A DNA stretch of 64,000 bases. It comes from Trichosphaerium sp. ATCC 40318. Taxonomy: Eukaryota > Protista > Tubulinea. The notes below the pieces were generated by a model that was given only the letters and a program-made list of their open reading frames with translations, made no database searches and was not told where the DNA came from. Shown one piece after another: positions 40,676 to 53,245 of this stretch. The stretch spans positions 196,943 to 260,942 of the forward strand of contig JALMLS010000368.1 in assembly GCA_038496445.1 (NCBI GenBank), in the 5' to 3' direction. The stretch's first letter is position 1. Each line of letters opens with the position of its first letter. The position numbers were made by a program, and so were the translations under genes.

Positions 40676-42605
40676 ATGCAATGCTGCACCTTTAAGGTCA
40701 CGTGCTCTATTTCAATTTCTGTCAAAAGAAAAATGGATCAAATCTTGGAGTATTTTGAGTCAAGAATGGTACACGAGTTTAGACAATTGTAATTTGCGTT
40801 TAAAGCTCATTCTTGCATGCTTACTAGGGGTAATCATTGTTTAGAAACGTTCTAAGCGTGTTATAATTAATATTTGTGTAGTTGGCGTTCGGCGCAGCAA
40901 TTATGCGTACAACCGCAATAATATTGCAATTAAAAGCGTACAGAAACGTAAAACGTCTCCTGTAGTGGTTTGTAGGTATTTATCTCTAGAACAGAAGCAA
41001 CGGCTAAAACAAGAAAGGTGCAGTACTCGCATACGCTCATAATAACCGTACATAGAATATTAGACAAAATCCACCGCTACTACAAAGGCTTATATCTCAT
41101 TCCAATAGATGCCTATCGAGCTAGAAAGTTTAAAAAAAAGCGTTCACGAGGTATGCCAGTACGCTTGTTGATGTACAGTGTCAACAATATGACATAAAGC
41201 CAAATCCAACTAAAACGCTTAAAAGGTGAAAAACTAAAGTTTGCTGAATTCCAGACAATACGTAAATCGAGTTTAAATATAAAAGTACGCTCAAAATGGC
41301 CACAGGACCCTAAAACGCAATGAGAGAAAAAATTTACCAACCAATTTTGATTCTTGATTTTTTCTGATGTTGTTTAGTACTCCATACCATTCTTTCTATT
41401 ATTCCCACTTATGTTCTCAAAACTATCGCCAGGAATAATAGCTGCATTACCTATGATACTTACATATAGATTTGTATGGCCAGAGTGTATGCCGACAACT
41501 CTTTGGTCATGGAAAGTTTGGTTCAGAATATTAAATCGAGATATTTCCAGAAAACACAAGCTATCTTCCACTGTATTACCTACGCTTCATAGTGCGATAT
41601 CTAATATATTAGTAAAAAATACACCAAATAACACCGAGGATGATACGCTTTTGGTTCTTCAAAGAAAGTTAGAAAGAGATACTGACTTAACTGATTTTGA
41701 GATGGATAAGTTAAAGACACTCTTGGGTAGTCGTGCATCTAAGAATGTGATCCTTGCTTCAGCGACAAAGTTTCAAGAAATACTAGAAAAGGTACATATG
41801 ATTGCGTTTAATCTTTTGAAAGCACGTGGCATTTTATTAATGGTTTTCTTTAAGGTCGAAAATGGTTATGCTATCACTGAAGAAGATGTTAAAAAAAGTG
41901 TTTCTATAATCAATTTGATTGGCTTGGATTCTTTTAATTTGAGCCAACTAAGGAAAATATGTCGTTCATTGAGGTACGTTATAAATACAAGTTCAATGTA
42001 TACGATTAATGTCATTTTGGTTTTTTTTTTGCAATCGTAAACTTTTTCATTTCGCTCTTTTTTATTAACACCTGTTGTAGGCTGGTGCAGGTATATTGAT
42101 TTGGCAGCTAAGCTCTTATATTTTCTTACTACTTTATATAGATTTTACCTAGTAAGAAGTTAGCGATAAGGCGTATTAACAAGCGGTTAGTAGAGATGAG
42201 AGAAGCTGATAAGGTACATTACTTAAAAAAACAATCTGCGTTCTGTTGTTGATTATTGACGGTTTCTTCAAGTTGTTAGTTGAAAAGTTAAAAGGTGAAG
42301 GTGTTGTAGAAAGGTACCTCCAAGAGTATTCAATGGAACGTCTCTTGAGAGTAGATCGGGATGGCCAGACATTGTCAGACAACATTTCAACATATCTACA
42401 CTTATCTCTCCATAAAACCGGATCTCAGTCAACACTTAAGGACTCTTCTCTTGTTATCACATCTTTACTATTGAACAATGCTGTAGAGCAAGTACCAGAA
42501 AAAAAAGAAGAAGATGAAGAACTAGAGCGTCGCGAGCAAGCTATGGAAAAAATAAATAAGGAGGTTAAAGCACTCCAAGACACTATTGAAATAGAAAACA
42601 AATAA
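40676..42605 (+). CDS. LETM1/Mdm38-like mitochondrial protein (start uncertain)
   Basis: LKFAEFQTIRKS..IPFFLLFP..ALPMIL..WPECMPTTL and LDSFNLSQLRKICRSL resemble LETM1-like motifs. Coiled-coil C-terminus. Confidence 0.6.
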
Positions 42606-42829
42606 AAAAGTTTCTCGTCTTTTAATATCTATTGTCATAATAAGCAATCTGACCAAATAAGCATCTAGCTCAATACTGAGGTAACATTTTATGACGCACT
42701 TGTGCATTCAAAAGGGTCCAACAATCACGTGGTAAGGGGTTGAAACTTATTTCTAAATTTGCTTTTTTTATTTAAAAAGCCGGGCTCTATTCACACCAGC
42801 GGACATTATAGGCTTAGCTCAACGAGTAC

Positions 42830-43455
42830 CAGCGTTTGAGTTGTTGTAATTCAATTAAGCGATTAAGAAACAACATTTTTCAAAAATTAGTCAGTACCGC
42901 CTTTGAACAAGTTTTATTAAAATTATGAACTCATGTTTGGACTCTAAGCTCCTTGGTGGACCTACGACAACAATATTGTTTGGTAATTTTCACGTGCAAC
43001 AAGGTAAAGGCATACAATTGTTTTTTGCAGCTCTTGCCTTTTTCAGTTTGCCATACCTCCATCTCTTGGTATTATCTAGATCTATTTGAAAAGTAAATGT
43101 TGTCGTTTTGTGTACGTGAAATATGCTGTTTTCACCTTTTTTTCGCATTAGAGTTATTACACTAAGTCTATTCTCTTCTATCAACTAACCAAAGGAACTC
43201 AACTTAGACGATGTTGGGGAAGACAAAATGTCTTGTGGCTCTAGGGCAGCGCCAAGCATTTGTTATCTATTATACAAGAAACACTTGGAAAATAAACAAA
43301 AGTTTTACAGTATTTTTCACAAATTGAAAAGGAAATTTTTTGGGGGATGTGGGTGATTGCTGCTCGCCATGTTCTTTATAAGCGTTGTAGGCTGTTTGTA
43401 GTTGATTTATGTGAGTCTCACTAAGTCTGTAACGGAGAAAAACACGTACAGCCAT
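42830..43455 (-). CDS. Putative small spliced gene of unknown function
   Basis: ATG plus GTACGT donor and short exons with splice signals. No recognisable domain; frame not resolved. Confidence 0.25.
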
Positions 43456-43562
43456 TTTGCTACACTCGCTTAATTGGGAACACAACTTTTTACCCAATTG
43501 TCTAAAACTGTGCTGAGAGCAACACTAATACTTGTCAAGTATAATACATTACGTTATCACGG

Positions 43563-45760
43563 ATGGCGGAGGAATTTAGCATAGATGAGCCGTGTACGCT
43601 GTTTTTAGATCATAGATTGTACATTGAGCTTACGTCACGTATTACAGTCAATCCGTACACTAATAAGCAAAAACTACCGCTAAACGCTTCGTTTGAATCA
43701 AACGATGCTCAAAATGATAATCAAGCACCCCACCAACGACGTAAACACCAAACACGGGCAACAACACAAGAAATCTCAACTCCAGCGCCTAAAGTCGGCG
43801 ATACTTCTCATATTTACTGTGTACCTCTTGAGTGCATTGTTGAAGTACTTGGGTTCTTACCAGTGTCAAAATGGCGAGACTTCGAGTATGACTGGACTAA
43901 TACAGACTATTGTCTGACTTTTCGACATTGAGCTGTGTCAGCAGTACTAAGTGTTTACTAGACTTGTTTGCCTGACTTGGTTCAATATCCTTCAGGATGA
44001 AAGGCTATGGTTGAAGACACTGCCTCAAGATATTCAAGTGAGGTATAAAACTAATAAAGGTGGGATAAGGGTAAGACAATCTCCAAGAGGCTTGGCATTA
44101 TCACGTGCAGTTGGAAAACAATGGGAGGCGTAAGTGTTTTTTTTATTGCTAGGATTTTCTCGTTTTTTTCTTAATGATGATATTAGGCGTTTCAAGAACG
44201 CCTCTACTCTTGCTACTGTTCTTGGTGGAGAGAAAGTTATGCTAAAAACGAGGTCTAAACACGAAGATTTATTAGGGTTTATTTCACGTAAACCTGGAAC
44301 AGTGTTTTCCTTGGACCTTAAAACATTGAAATGCTCTGGTATTTCGTCGTATTTTGAAGGAGATATAATGGCTGTTTACCAAGACTGTACGTACGATACA
44401 TTCGTAGCTATTGACAAATATTAACTTATCTTAACAGATAACAATGATACACTAACAGTGGCTTCAACCCGGTTAGTAGGCAACAAGTGTAAGGTGTACA
44501 CGATGTCTGGAAAAAAGAATGTTCGGCATAAATACACACTTGAGTATACAGGACAGGTCAGCTCTATTGCTGTTTACAAGGATTTCATAATTTTGGTACA
44601 ATAAAACTTGTTATGTTAATATACTTACAAGGATACTAGGAATTTGGTAGTTATCTTCGCAAGTCGTTTATGTACTATTCACTTGTTGGATTGAAGAAGC
44701 AAAAAAAGTATTTTCCTTATTTTCCAAGACTATTCTGTTAACGGGTTGACTTATAGAGCGATTGTAATCAAACCTACTGAAGTAGATCATAGAGTATTGG
44801 ACTATAATTGTGAATATATCGGTGTAACATCACAAGGGTTGATATATCAAAAGCAAACCCAGTTATGGCTTGTCAGCGAGGTATGCTTATTGTATTTCTA
44901 ATTGTTTACCATTTACCTATTTTCTCAGCCTTCAAAATGTGATGTTTTGTTAAATGTTGGATTCAACCCACAATTACAAGTTTATAGATCTAAAAATGAA
45001 GACTTCATTTGGTATTCAAGTTTTAAGACACCAGGTCAAAGATTGTACTTTCTCAAAACAGGAAAATCATATCTTATTACCGAAAATGTAGTATCTAGGT
45101 TCTCTAGTACACGGGTATACTACCCAGAACAAGGTATGGTCAATAAGTTTATACAAAATCTGAGATTGCCTTTTTGTTTTTCCAAGAAAAGCTGATCTGT
45201 ACAGCTCAAATCATTCATATTCTCAGTTTTTTCTCCCTTTGCCTTGAAATATTGTTTTTATAACCTAGCTTGCAAAAACGTAACGTGTTTCTGTGGGACG
45301 GGGAAGAAAAAAGTAGGATTGAACAAATTGTACTACACTAAGCTCTGCTTTTCTTTTTTTTTTTTTTTTTTTTTTTTTTTGTTTGCTTCTGCCTCTAATT
45401 GTTTTTTATAAAGGTTATTTCTTTACAATGTCGCCTGAAAAGAATAAGAGTGTATCGCTTTATAATGTAAGAACAAAGCAAAGAGTATGGATAAGCAAAA
45501 CAGGACCTGAAGTACCTCATATTAGTTCCTTTGTGAATTTCTTTGACTTTGAAAACAAAGTATGGCTTGGGATTGCAGCGAACAGAGGTAAACTTGTCAA
45601 CGTGAATGTTCATTGTGTTAAGACAGGTTTGGTGTTGTATACTTTCACCAAAACATTGCTTCTTCATAAGGGAGTAGATGTTGTTAACGGTAAACTGTTT
45701 TTTTATGACAAAAGTCATACCGTAAAGAAAGGCGCAGTCATGGACCTTAAAGTCGCTTGA
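43563..45760 (+). CDS. F-box protein with beta-rich C-terminal region, multi-exon
   Basis: IYCVPLECIVEVLGFLPVSKWRDF|LVCLTWFNILQDERLW F-box. Confidence 0.7.
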
Positions 45761-46100
45761 GATAAATAATAAAAAAAGTGATTTTATCACTTCATTCTTC
45801 ATCATAGAAACTAAATGTTGAGGCTCAATTGACGCCATTCTACAGATTGTACACTTTAGTGTCAATGCCACTCTAACAAATTACAACACAGCTGAAAGCA
45901 CGATTACATTGTGTTTTGCATAAAACAGCTCATTTTTTTTTATCATCATGTGGCGTTGATAATATAATTGAACACTACAACTTGCTATTAATAAACTACT
46001 TTTTCTTTTATTAATTCTCTTTGTGTTTTCATTAAAGACTAGTCAACTCGAGGTATGTCGCAGGTATCCAATATGTCCATGTAGTAATGCTATGGGTTTT

Positions 46101-46967
46101 TCAGAAAACAATGTGCAACCTTATGCCTAATGCCTCAATAGCTTCTATTGGAAAATTATTCCTCATACTAAAATCCAGGCTAAGTGTTTTGAGAGAAGTC
46201 AAGTATGTCAAACAAACATGTGTTAGTAAAGGACAAATATAAATTGTCACGTGCTCAAGATTTATCAAGTTCTTGAACCCTAAGTCAGTTATCAGGCAAC
46301 ACCTATTCAAACTTAACTTCTTGACATTGGTCAATGATTTAACTCCATCATCCGTTATTGGTAGTCCAACAAGTGAAGCCCTGCCATAAATAGTAATAGT
46401 GTGTACATTACTAAGGTGTTTGAGCCATGAGTCTTTTGGATCGCTGATTGTAACATCATGAACATCTTTGAGTGCCTTTATTCCTTCTTCACTAATATTC
46501 ACACAACCACAAAGATTAATTGTGTGTACACCTCTGAGTGCGATCAATGATGCATCTGTTATCTGTCGTGACAAGTTAATGGTGTGAATGGTGTGCTTTC
46601 CTCCTTGTAGTAATGTAAGGATACCTGAGTCTGTAATATTTGTTCGAACGAGGTTTATTGATTTAACACCAGAAAGACAACACAACTCATCAGGTGATAG
46701 ATCCATATAACTACAATCAATATACGTGTTTTTCAGAAGCGGGCTGCCTTTGAGTGCTGGCAAATCTGATTGTGTTATTGAGAGGCGATGAAAGCCAATA
46801 TTACAACGAATGATGTTATTAAACACGTGAGAAACTGTAGACGTCTTAATAAGGTGTTCTCTTTTTAATTGGCGTAGAATAATGGTTAACGTCTCTGGTG
46901 GTAAATCTTCAAGTGATTTCTCTTTGTTAACTTGAGGACCGGATGTGTGAAGTTTGTTGGTTGCCAT
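46101..46967 (-). CDS. Intronless F-box/LRR protein (copy A)
   Basis: LEDLPPETLTIILRQL F-box; repeats GVHTINLCGCVNISEEGIKAL and VKKLSLNRCCLITDLGFKNL. Confidence 0.85.
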   Translation of the reverse strand: MATNKLHTSGPQVNKEKSLEDLPPETLTIILRQLKREHLIKTSTVSHVFNNIIRCNIGFHRLSITQSDLPALKGSPLLKNTYIDCSYMDLSPDELCCLSGVKSINLVRTNITDSGILTLLQGGKHTIHTINLSRQITDASLIALRGVHTINLCGCVNISEEGIKALKDVHDVTISDPKDSWLKHLSNVHTITIYGRASLVGLPITDDGVKSLTNVKKLSLNRCCLITDLGFKNLINLEHVTIYICPLLTHVCLTYLTSLKTLSLDFSMRNNFPIEAIEALGIRLHIVF

Positions 46968-47308
46968 CGTATTACCTGTGCTTGCCCTCTTGTGAAGATT
47001 TGTTTGTTTGGAGAATTATCAAGAATTGAATTCATAGGACTGAGATTCATGTTATTAGGGAAGCCCTTTAGAAGGTGCCTTATTTATGGCAAAAATGCAA
47101 TAAAGGATTGTTCAAACACGCAAGCTTAGCTGTTGTGGCTACTTGCCACTCTTCAACAACAATGACGCCATGGCACCCGGCTACTTATACTAACCTTGAG
47201 TAAGAAAAACATGAAATGTTCGCTTGGCATTCATACACCTCCTGTAAATAGCATTGTAAAGTGTAAGTTAATAACACCAAAAAACCAAACCAACAATTTT
47301 TTTGGGTT

Positions 47309-49621
47309 TTATTTTAAGATCTTTGCCTCATTGTTAACATGAGAATTCATTAAGTATACGTGTACATCGAGTGGTATTAAGTCTCCTTGTAATTCGTTAC
47401 CATCATCCAAATCTGTTTGTGTATCTTCTGTTGTGAACAATCTCTGGAAAAAACAAAACTATTAGTTTCAAAGTATTTTCAATGAAGGCTTCACCACTCC
47501 CTCCCTATTTACGTACTCTTATGTTCTCTACTTGAATTGGAAGTGTAATTTTGAAAGGAAATCTCGTATCAGTTGGATTTGTTACAATCAGCATTACTTC
47601 ATGTCCCACCTTCCATGCTCTAAAAACAAGAAAATTTTAAGAATAAAACAAAGCATTGATGCTCCTTTATCGTTTTAAGAACGCACCTAGCATCAACATA
47701 AGGTATCTTCCATACTTCTGTTGTATCTTTAGGATAAACATCAAGGGGTATATCTTCACCAAGAAGTATAAAAGGATAAACAACAGGCATCTAGAAACAA
47801 AGATCAATAAGCGGAAAAAACACCGAATACAAATGTTGCTTCTTTGAGTCAAATATTTTGGCTCTCTTACCTCCTTTGCAATTTTAGATGTCTCTATGTA
47901 CAAAGCCGGATTCACATCAGATGGCGCAGAACCTTTCATAAAATATAAAAAGCCATTAACATTGCCATGAACGATCATTGAGTATGACATGTATCGGCCT
48001 TGACTAGGATCTGGTTGAGTTGACCACCACTCACTGGTACCTATAAAGATGAATGTTAGCTTTGTGGACATGATTAATAATAACTCGTAATACCAAATGA
48101 CTGAGGTATCATCCACACTGGCTTTGTGTTAAACGTGTCACCATGATAAATATCCACTCTTTATACAAAAAATGAATTCACGATATCACATGTACGTTGA
48201 TATTTCTTCTATTCTTTGTACCTGTGCGGGGCATCTGTTACATCACCAATACAATCATCGCAACCACATACACCGTATGTTAGATTACAAGGAGTCATGT
48301 CAACGCCCTAGATTAAGTCAGGAGGAATTTGTTCAAAACATCATTCAACTAACAATAGGATAAGGATCTGCCATTAAAACGTCTGTTGTGTGCCAATACG
48401 CTTGTGTTGATGTTAGGCAATTCAACACAACTGTTGTTGGGTGATAAGGGTCTAGTTCTTTAATAAGCTTTTGAGCTTCAAGGACAACAGAAGGAGCAAC
48501 GCCAGGACCATCAGGTTCGTCAGCAGTATACCTAACAAACAGAAGGCTTAACAACCCTCTTGGTTTTTGGCGTAATATTACCATGCAAATATAGCAGGAT
48601 GATCCTTCCACCTATTGATATGATACCTAACTAGATCGAGGTCTTTATAGTAGTGTTCAAGAGACCAATGAACTTTTATTCCTAAACAAATATCAGTAAC
48701 AAGTTTTTTATGGTTTATTCTTCGCACCAAGCTCATGTGCTCTATTCATGAACTGTTCCCATAAGCTCTCAGGCTAGATAAAAGAATGAATATACAGTTT
48801 ATACATGTATATTTGATTATGTTGGGTACTTACTAAGAGCGAAGGCCTTGCTTGAAAGACATTAAATCCATCTAGCTTCATCTGATCAAGTATTGTTATA
48901 TTCTTTGAAAGGTAGTTATCCCAAGAATAGAAATAGCCAACAGGAAAGAAAGGTTCATCATTAACTTTCAAAAAAAAACGTTATCACGTGGGTTGTTTGT
49001 GTTGACATTTTAAATTGAGTTGATGAAAAACGTACCTAGGTATCCGTGAGTCATGTAGTCTACTTTGGCAGTCTCCTCTCGATGCGGAACACGATATAAA
49101 TGTACAGTTTCTGTTGCTATTGGTGTCATGCTATCACTCTCAATCAGCTGACAAGATACATCAGTTTTTTTTGTGCTTATAGGCAGCTTGTTCAGGTCGA
49201 ATGGTATAAACAACTTCCCGCCTGCTTTCACTTGAGTCTATCCAGAGTAAGACAAACCAAAAAGGAAAAAATATTTACGGCAAAAAACTAACCTCGACCA
49301 GAACTTCACCTGCTTGACCTTCTATAACGCCACGAAAAGTGTAAGGAAAGTTAGGTAAATCTTCTTTAATAGTAGCGACAATATGACCCTCAGTTTCTCT
49401 GTCGTACGGTAGTAACCCTTTAGAACACGTGAATCAGATTTTACGGTTTAAAACGATTCATCGGACTTACCAGGCGTAACAATCATCGCCTTGTCATCCA
49501 ACGGTCTAGGAAACGGTACATACGGACCTGGCGCTTGATAGTGTTTACCACACCAAGTTGGATCAGCTGACATCACGTGATAAATAACAAAACATAATAA
49601 AACGCAAACCAATCGCCTCAT
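47309..49621 (-). CDS. Secreted glycoside-hydrolase-superfamily-like protein (copy A), multi-exon
   Basis: Signal peptide MRRLVCVLLCFVIYHVMSA; WCGKHY; PFFPVG; YTADEPDG; DPYHP..VLNC; DPYPI; CNLTYGVCGCDDCIG. Confidence 0.7.
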
Positions 49622-49696
49622 GCTTCTTTTTGTGTTAACGCTCAAATAATATTGAAAAAGTCAGCATATTTCAATGTTTGTTGACTTGAGTTACAT

Positions 49697-50282
49697 TCAT
49701 ACACCTGTTACATGAGTATTCTTAAGACCTCCTACTCCTTCAGGTGTAACCATAGTGTCTTTTAAATGAAGGATCTTAATACCAGCCATGTACTCCAAAG
49801 AAGAGTCGTTGATTGAGATGTTCTTTTGAATGCTTAACTCATGCAACCCGTCCAACGCTTGTACTCCGTGTCCATTAACACAAGAGCATCGATCAATATA
49901 TAATGTATGAATTCCTGTTAGATACTCAATACCTGCATCCATTATACAACCGGAGCCATTCAACACAAGTGTATGTGCTCCAGCCAAGGCTTGTAAAGTT
50001 TTGTTAAAAATAACAAAATCAACTTTGTAATTTATCATTTTCTTCAAAACTAACGTATGAACACCAGCTAACGCCACTATCCCCTTGTGCGAGTAATTAC
50101 AATCTATCAGTGACATAGTATGTACTCCAGCCAATGCTATAATCCCCTTATCTGACACACTTGTGTGATCAAGAAAAATAGTGTGAACTCCAGCAAGAGC
50201 AATGACACCTTCATCACCTACAACAGTTCTTCGAAGATCTATTGTATGGACTCCAGCCAATGCTTTGACACCTTCATCAGAT
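49697..50282 (-). pseudogene. 5'-truncated copy of the F-box/LRR gene at 52206-53168
   Basis: Same translation as the C-terminal 187 aa of ORF 52206-53168; cut at the junction 50276-50282. Confidence 0.85.
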
Positions 50283-50890
50283 TTTACGGTTTAAAACGAT
50301 TCATCGGACTTACAGGCGTAACAATCATCGCCTTGTCATCCAACGGTCTAGGAAACGGTACATACGGACCTGGCGCTTGATAGTGTTTACCACACCAAGT
50401 TGGATCAGCTGACATCACGTGATAAATAACAAAACATAATAAAACGCAAACCAATCGCCTCATGCTTCTTTTTGTGTTAACGCTCAAAATAATATTGAAA
50501 AAAGTCAGCATATTTCAATGTTTGTTGACTTGAGTTACATTCATACACCTGTTACATGAGTATTCTTAAGACCTCCTACTCCTTCAGGTGTAACCATAGT
50601 GTCTTTTAAATGAAGGATCTTAATACCAGCCATGTACTCCAAAGAGAGTCGTTGATTGAGATGTTCTTTTGAATGCTTAACTCATGCAACCCGTCCAACG
50701 CTTGTACTCCGTGTCCATTAACACAAGAGCATCGATCAATATATAATGTATGAATTCCTGTTAGATACTCAATACCTGCATCCATTATACAACCGGAGCC
50801 ATTCAACACAAGTGTATGTGCTCCAGCCAAGGCTTGTAAAGTTTTGTTAAAAAATAACAAAATCAACTTTGTAATTTATCATTTTCTTCA
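50276..50890. repeat. Direct duplicate of 49433-50046 (GH first exon + LRR 3' part) with several 1-nt indels
   Basis: Sequence match; frameshifted ORFs 50284-50511 and 50606-50866. Confidence 0.92.
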
Positions 50891-51573
50891 CTAATATTCA
50901 CACAACCACAAAGATTAATTGTGTGTACACCTCTGAGTGCGATCAATGATGCATCTGTTATCTGTCGTGACAAGTTAATGGTGTGAATGGTGTGCTTTCC
51001 TCCTTGTAGTAATGTAAGGATACCTGAGTCTGTAATATTTGTTCGAACGAGGTTTATTGATTTAACACCAGAAAGACAACACAACTCATCAGGTGATAGA
51101 TCCATATAACTACAATCAATATACGTGTTTTTCAGAAGCGGGCTGCCTTTGAGTGCTGGCAAATCTGATTGTGTTATTGAGAGGCGATGAAAGCCAATAT
51201 TACAACGAATGATGTTATTAAACACGTGAGAAACTGTAGACGTCTTAATAAGGTGTTCTCTTTTTAATTGGCGTAGAATAATGGTTAACGTCTCTGGTGG
51301 TAAATCTTCAAGTGATTTCTCTTTGTTAACTTGAGGACCGGATGTGTGAAGTTTGTTGGTTGCCATCGTATTACCTGTGCTTGCCCTCTTGTGAAGATTT
51401 GTTTGTTTGGAGAATTATCAAGAATTGAATTCATAGGACTGAGATTCATGTTATTAGGGAAGCCTTTAGAAGGTGCCTTATTTATGGCAAAAATGCAATA
51501 AAGGATTGTTCAAACACGCAAGCTTAGCTGTTGTGGCTACTTGCCACTCTTCAACAACAATGACGCCATGGCA
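50884..51573. repeat. Direct duplicate of 46485-47175 (5' part of F-box/LRR copy A), giving truncated chimeric ORF 50863-51366
   Basis: Protein identical to 46101-46967 up to NISEE, then NDKLQS*. Confidence 0.92.
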
Positions 51574-52205
51574 GTCATTTAACGCGCTTCATACCAGTTT
51601 GGAACTTAATTAATATAAGTCGACTTGCTGTATTTGAAGTGCTGAAATACGAATGGAAATTTAGATATTTTGACGTCTTTGCAATTTTTACAATCACCTA
51701 AATCCCCTCGTCTGTCTACTGACAAAGAACGTCCTCTATGGGCTTTTACTAATTGCTTCAAAGGCATTGACATAATCACAGTTTGTTAGTCTTATTCTTA
51801 AAAAAAAAAAAAATCAGTTTGTTAGTCTACAATAAAAAAAATAAGGAGCACCGTGGTATGAGCTTAAGTAAAGTTACATTAAGTGAATGTGTTTGCATAC
51901 AAAACACTAGTTGCAAAAACAACAAGTCCGGTTTGGGAAATCTGAAGTTATTCTCATTTTTAAAGAAACAAGTTCCAACGCTATAAAATCTAATAACATG
52001 AAGTGTTTTAGCGTGATTTGCAGTCATTGTTTTTCGGCGCAACCCAAAAAGTCAACGGTTTTGTTTAAACACACATAACTCAGTATCAACGCAAAGAATA
52101 GCATATCTAGGCTTACGCCAGCATAATTAGAAGTTAATAAGGTATTGTTCGCCGCTATCGTCTTTAAAAAACGATTAGCCGTCTTTTAACGCATGTTAGA
52201 GTACC

Positions 52206-53168
52206 ATGTCTCACCCAGAAACATCCTTTATGCTAGATTTACCTCGCGAAATTCTTTGTGCCATTTTTGCACTTCTAGAGTCACCTTCAACGTTTAACGT
52301 ATGCGCATCATGTTGGCTGTTCGCTAATATAATACGTAATAACGTTGGATACGGTAACGTGGCTCTTTGGTGCTCTGAAGACTATAACCAGTTCGTCAAG
52401 TATAAGTCTATGCTTAAAAATACAAGAGTGCGCATTGAAACACCTCTCATGTTGGAGGACATTGACATATCTTTGTTGGCTGGTATCCATACTATTGATT
52501 TATCCATTACTACAATATCTGATAGTGGAGTTAAAGCCTTAGCTGGGGTTCATAGTATTTGCCTATCACGTTGCCGTAACATATCTGATGAAGGTGTCAA
52601 AGCATTGGCTGGAGTCCATACAATAGATCTTCGAAGAACTGTTGTAGGTGATGAAGGTGTCATTGCTCTTGCTGGAGTTCACACTATTTTTCTTGATCAC
52701 ACAAGTGTGTCAGATAAGGGGATTATAGCATTGGCTGGAGTACATACTATGTCACTGATAGATTGTAATTACTCGCACAAGGGGATAGTGGCGTTAGCTG
52801 GTGTTCATACGTTAGTTTTGAAGAAAATGATAAATTACAAAGTTGATTTTGTTATTTTTAACAAAACTTTACAAGCCTTGGCTGGAGCACATACACTTGT
52901 GTTGAATGGCTCCGGTTGTATAATGGATGCAGGTATTGAGTATCTAACAGGAATTCATACATTATATATTGATCGATGCTCTTGTGTTAATGGACACGGA
53001 GTACAAGCGTTGGACGGGTTGCATGAGTTAAGCATTCAAAAGAACATCTCAATCAACGACTCTTCTTTGGAGTACATGGCTGGTATTAAGATCCTTCATT
53101 TAAAAGACACTATGGTTACACCTGAAGGAGTAGGAGGTCTTAAGAATACTCATGTAACAGGTGTATGA
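52206..53168 (+). CDS. Intronless F-box/LRR protein with regular LAGVHTI.L..T..SD.G..A repeats
   Basis: MLDLPREILCAIFALL F-box plus about 10 LRRs. Confidence 0.88.
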   Translation: MSHPETSFMLDLPREILCAIFALLESPSTFNVCASCWLFANIIRNNVGYGNVALWCSEDYNQFVKYKSMLKNTRVRIETPLMLEDIDISLLAGIHTIDLSITTISDSGVKALAGVHSICLSRCRNISDEGVKALAGVHTIDLRRTVVGDEGVIALAGVHTIFLDHTSVSDKGIIALAGVHTMSLIDCNYSHKGIVALAGVHTLVLKKMINYKVDFVIFNKTLQALAGAHTLVLNGSGCIMDAGIEYLTGIHTLYIDRCSCVNGHGVQALDGLHELSIQKNISINDSSLEYMAGIKILHLKDTMVTPEGVGGLKNTHVTGV

Positions 53169-53245
53169 ATGTAACTCAAGTCAACAAACATTGAAATATG
53201 CTGACTTTTTTCAATATTATTTTGAGCGTTAACACAAAAAGAAGC

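Noticed and set aside
45395-45871. 158-aa ORF and its mirror 56996-57472
   Set aside because: Antisense to the last exon of the F-box gene, non-ATG start, no motifs.
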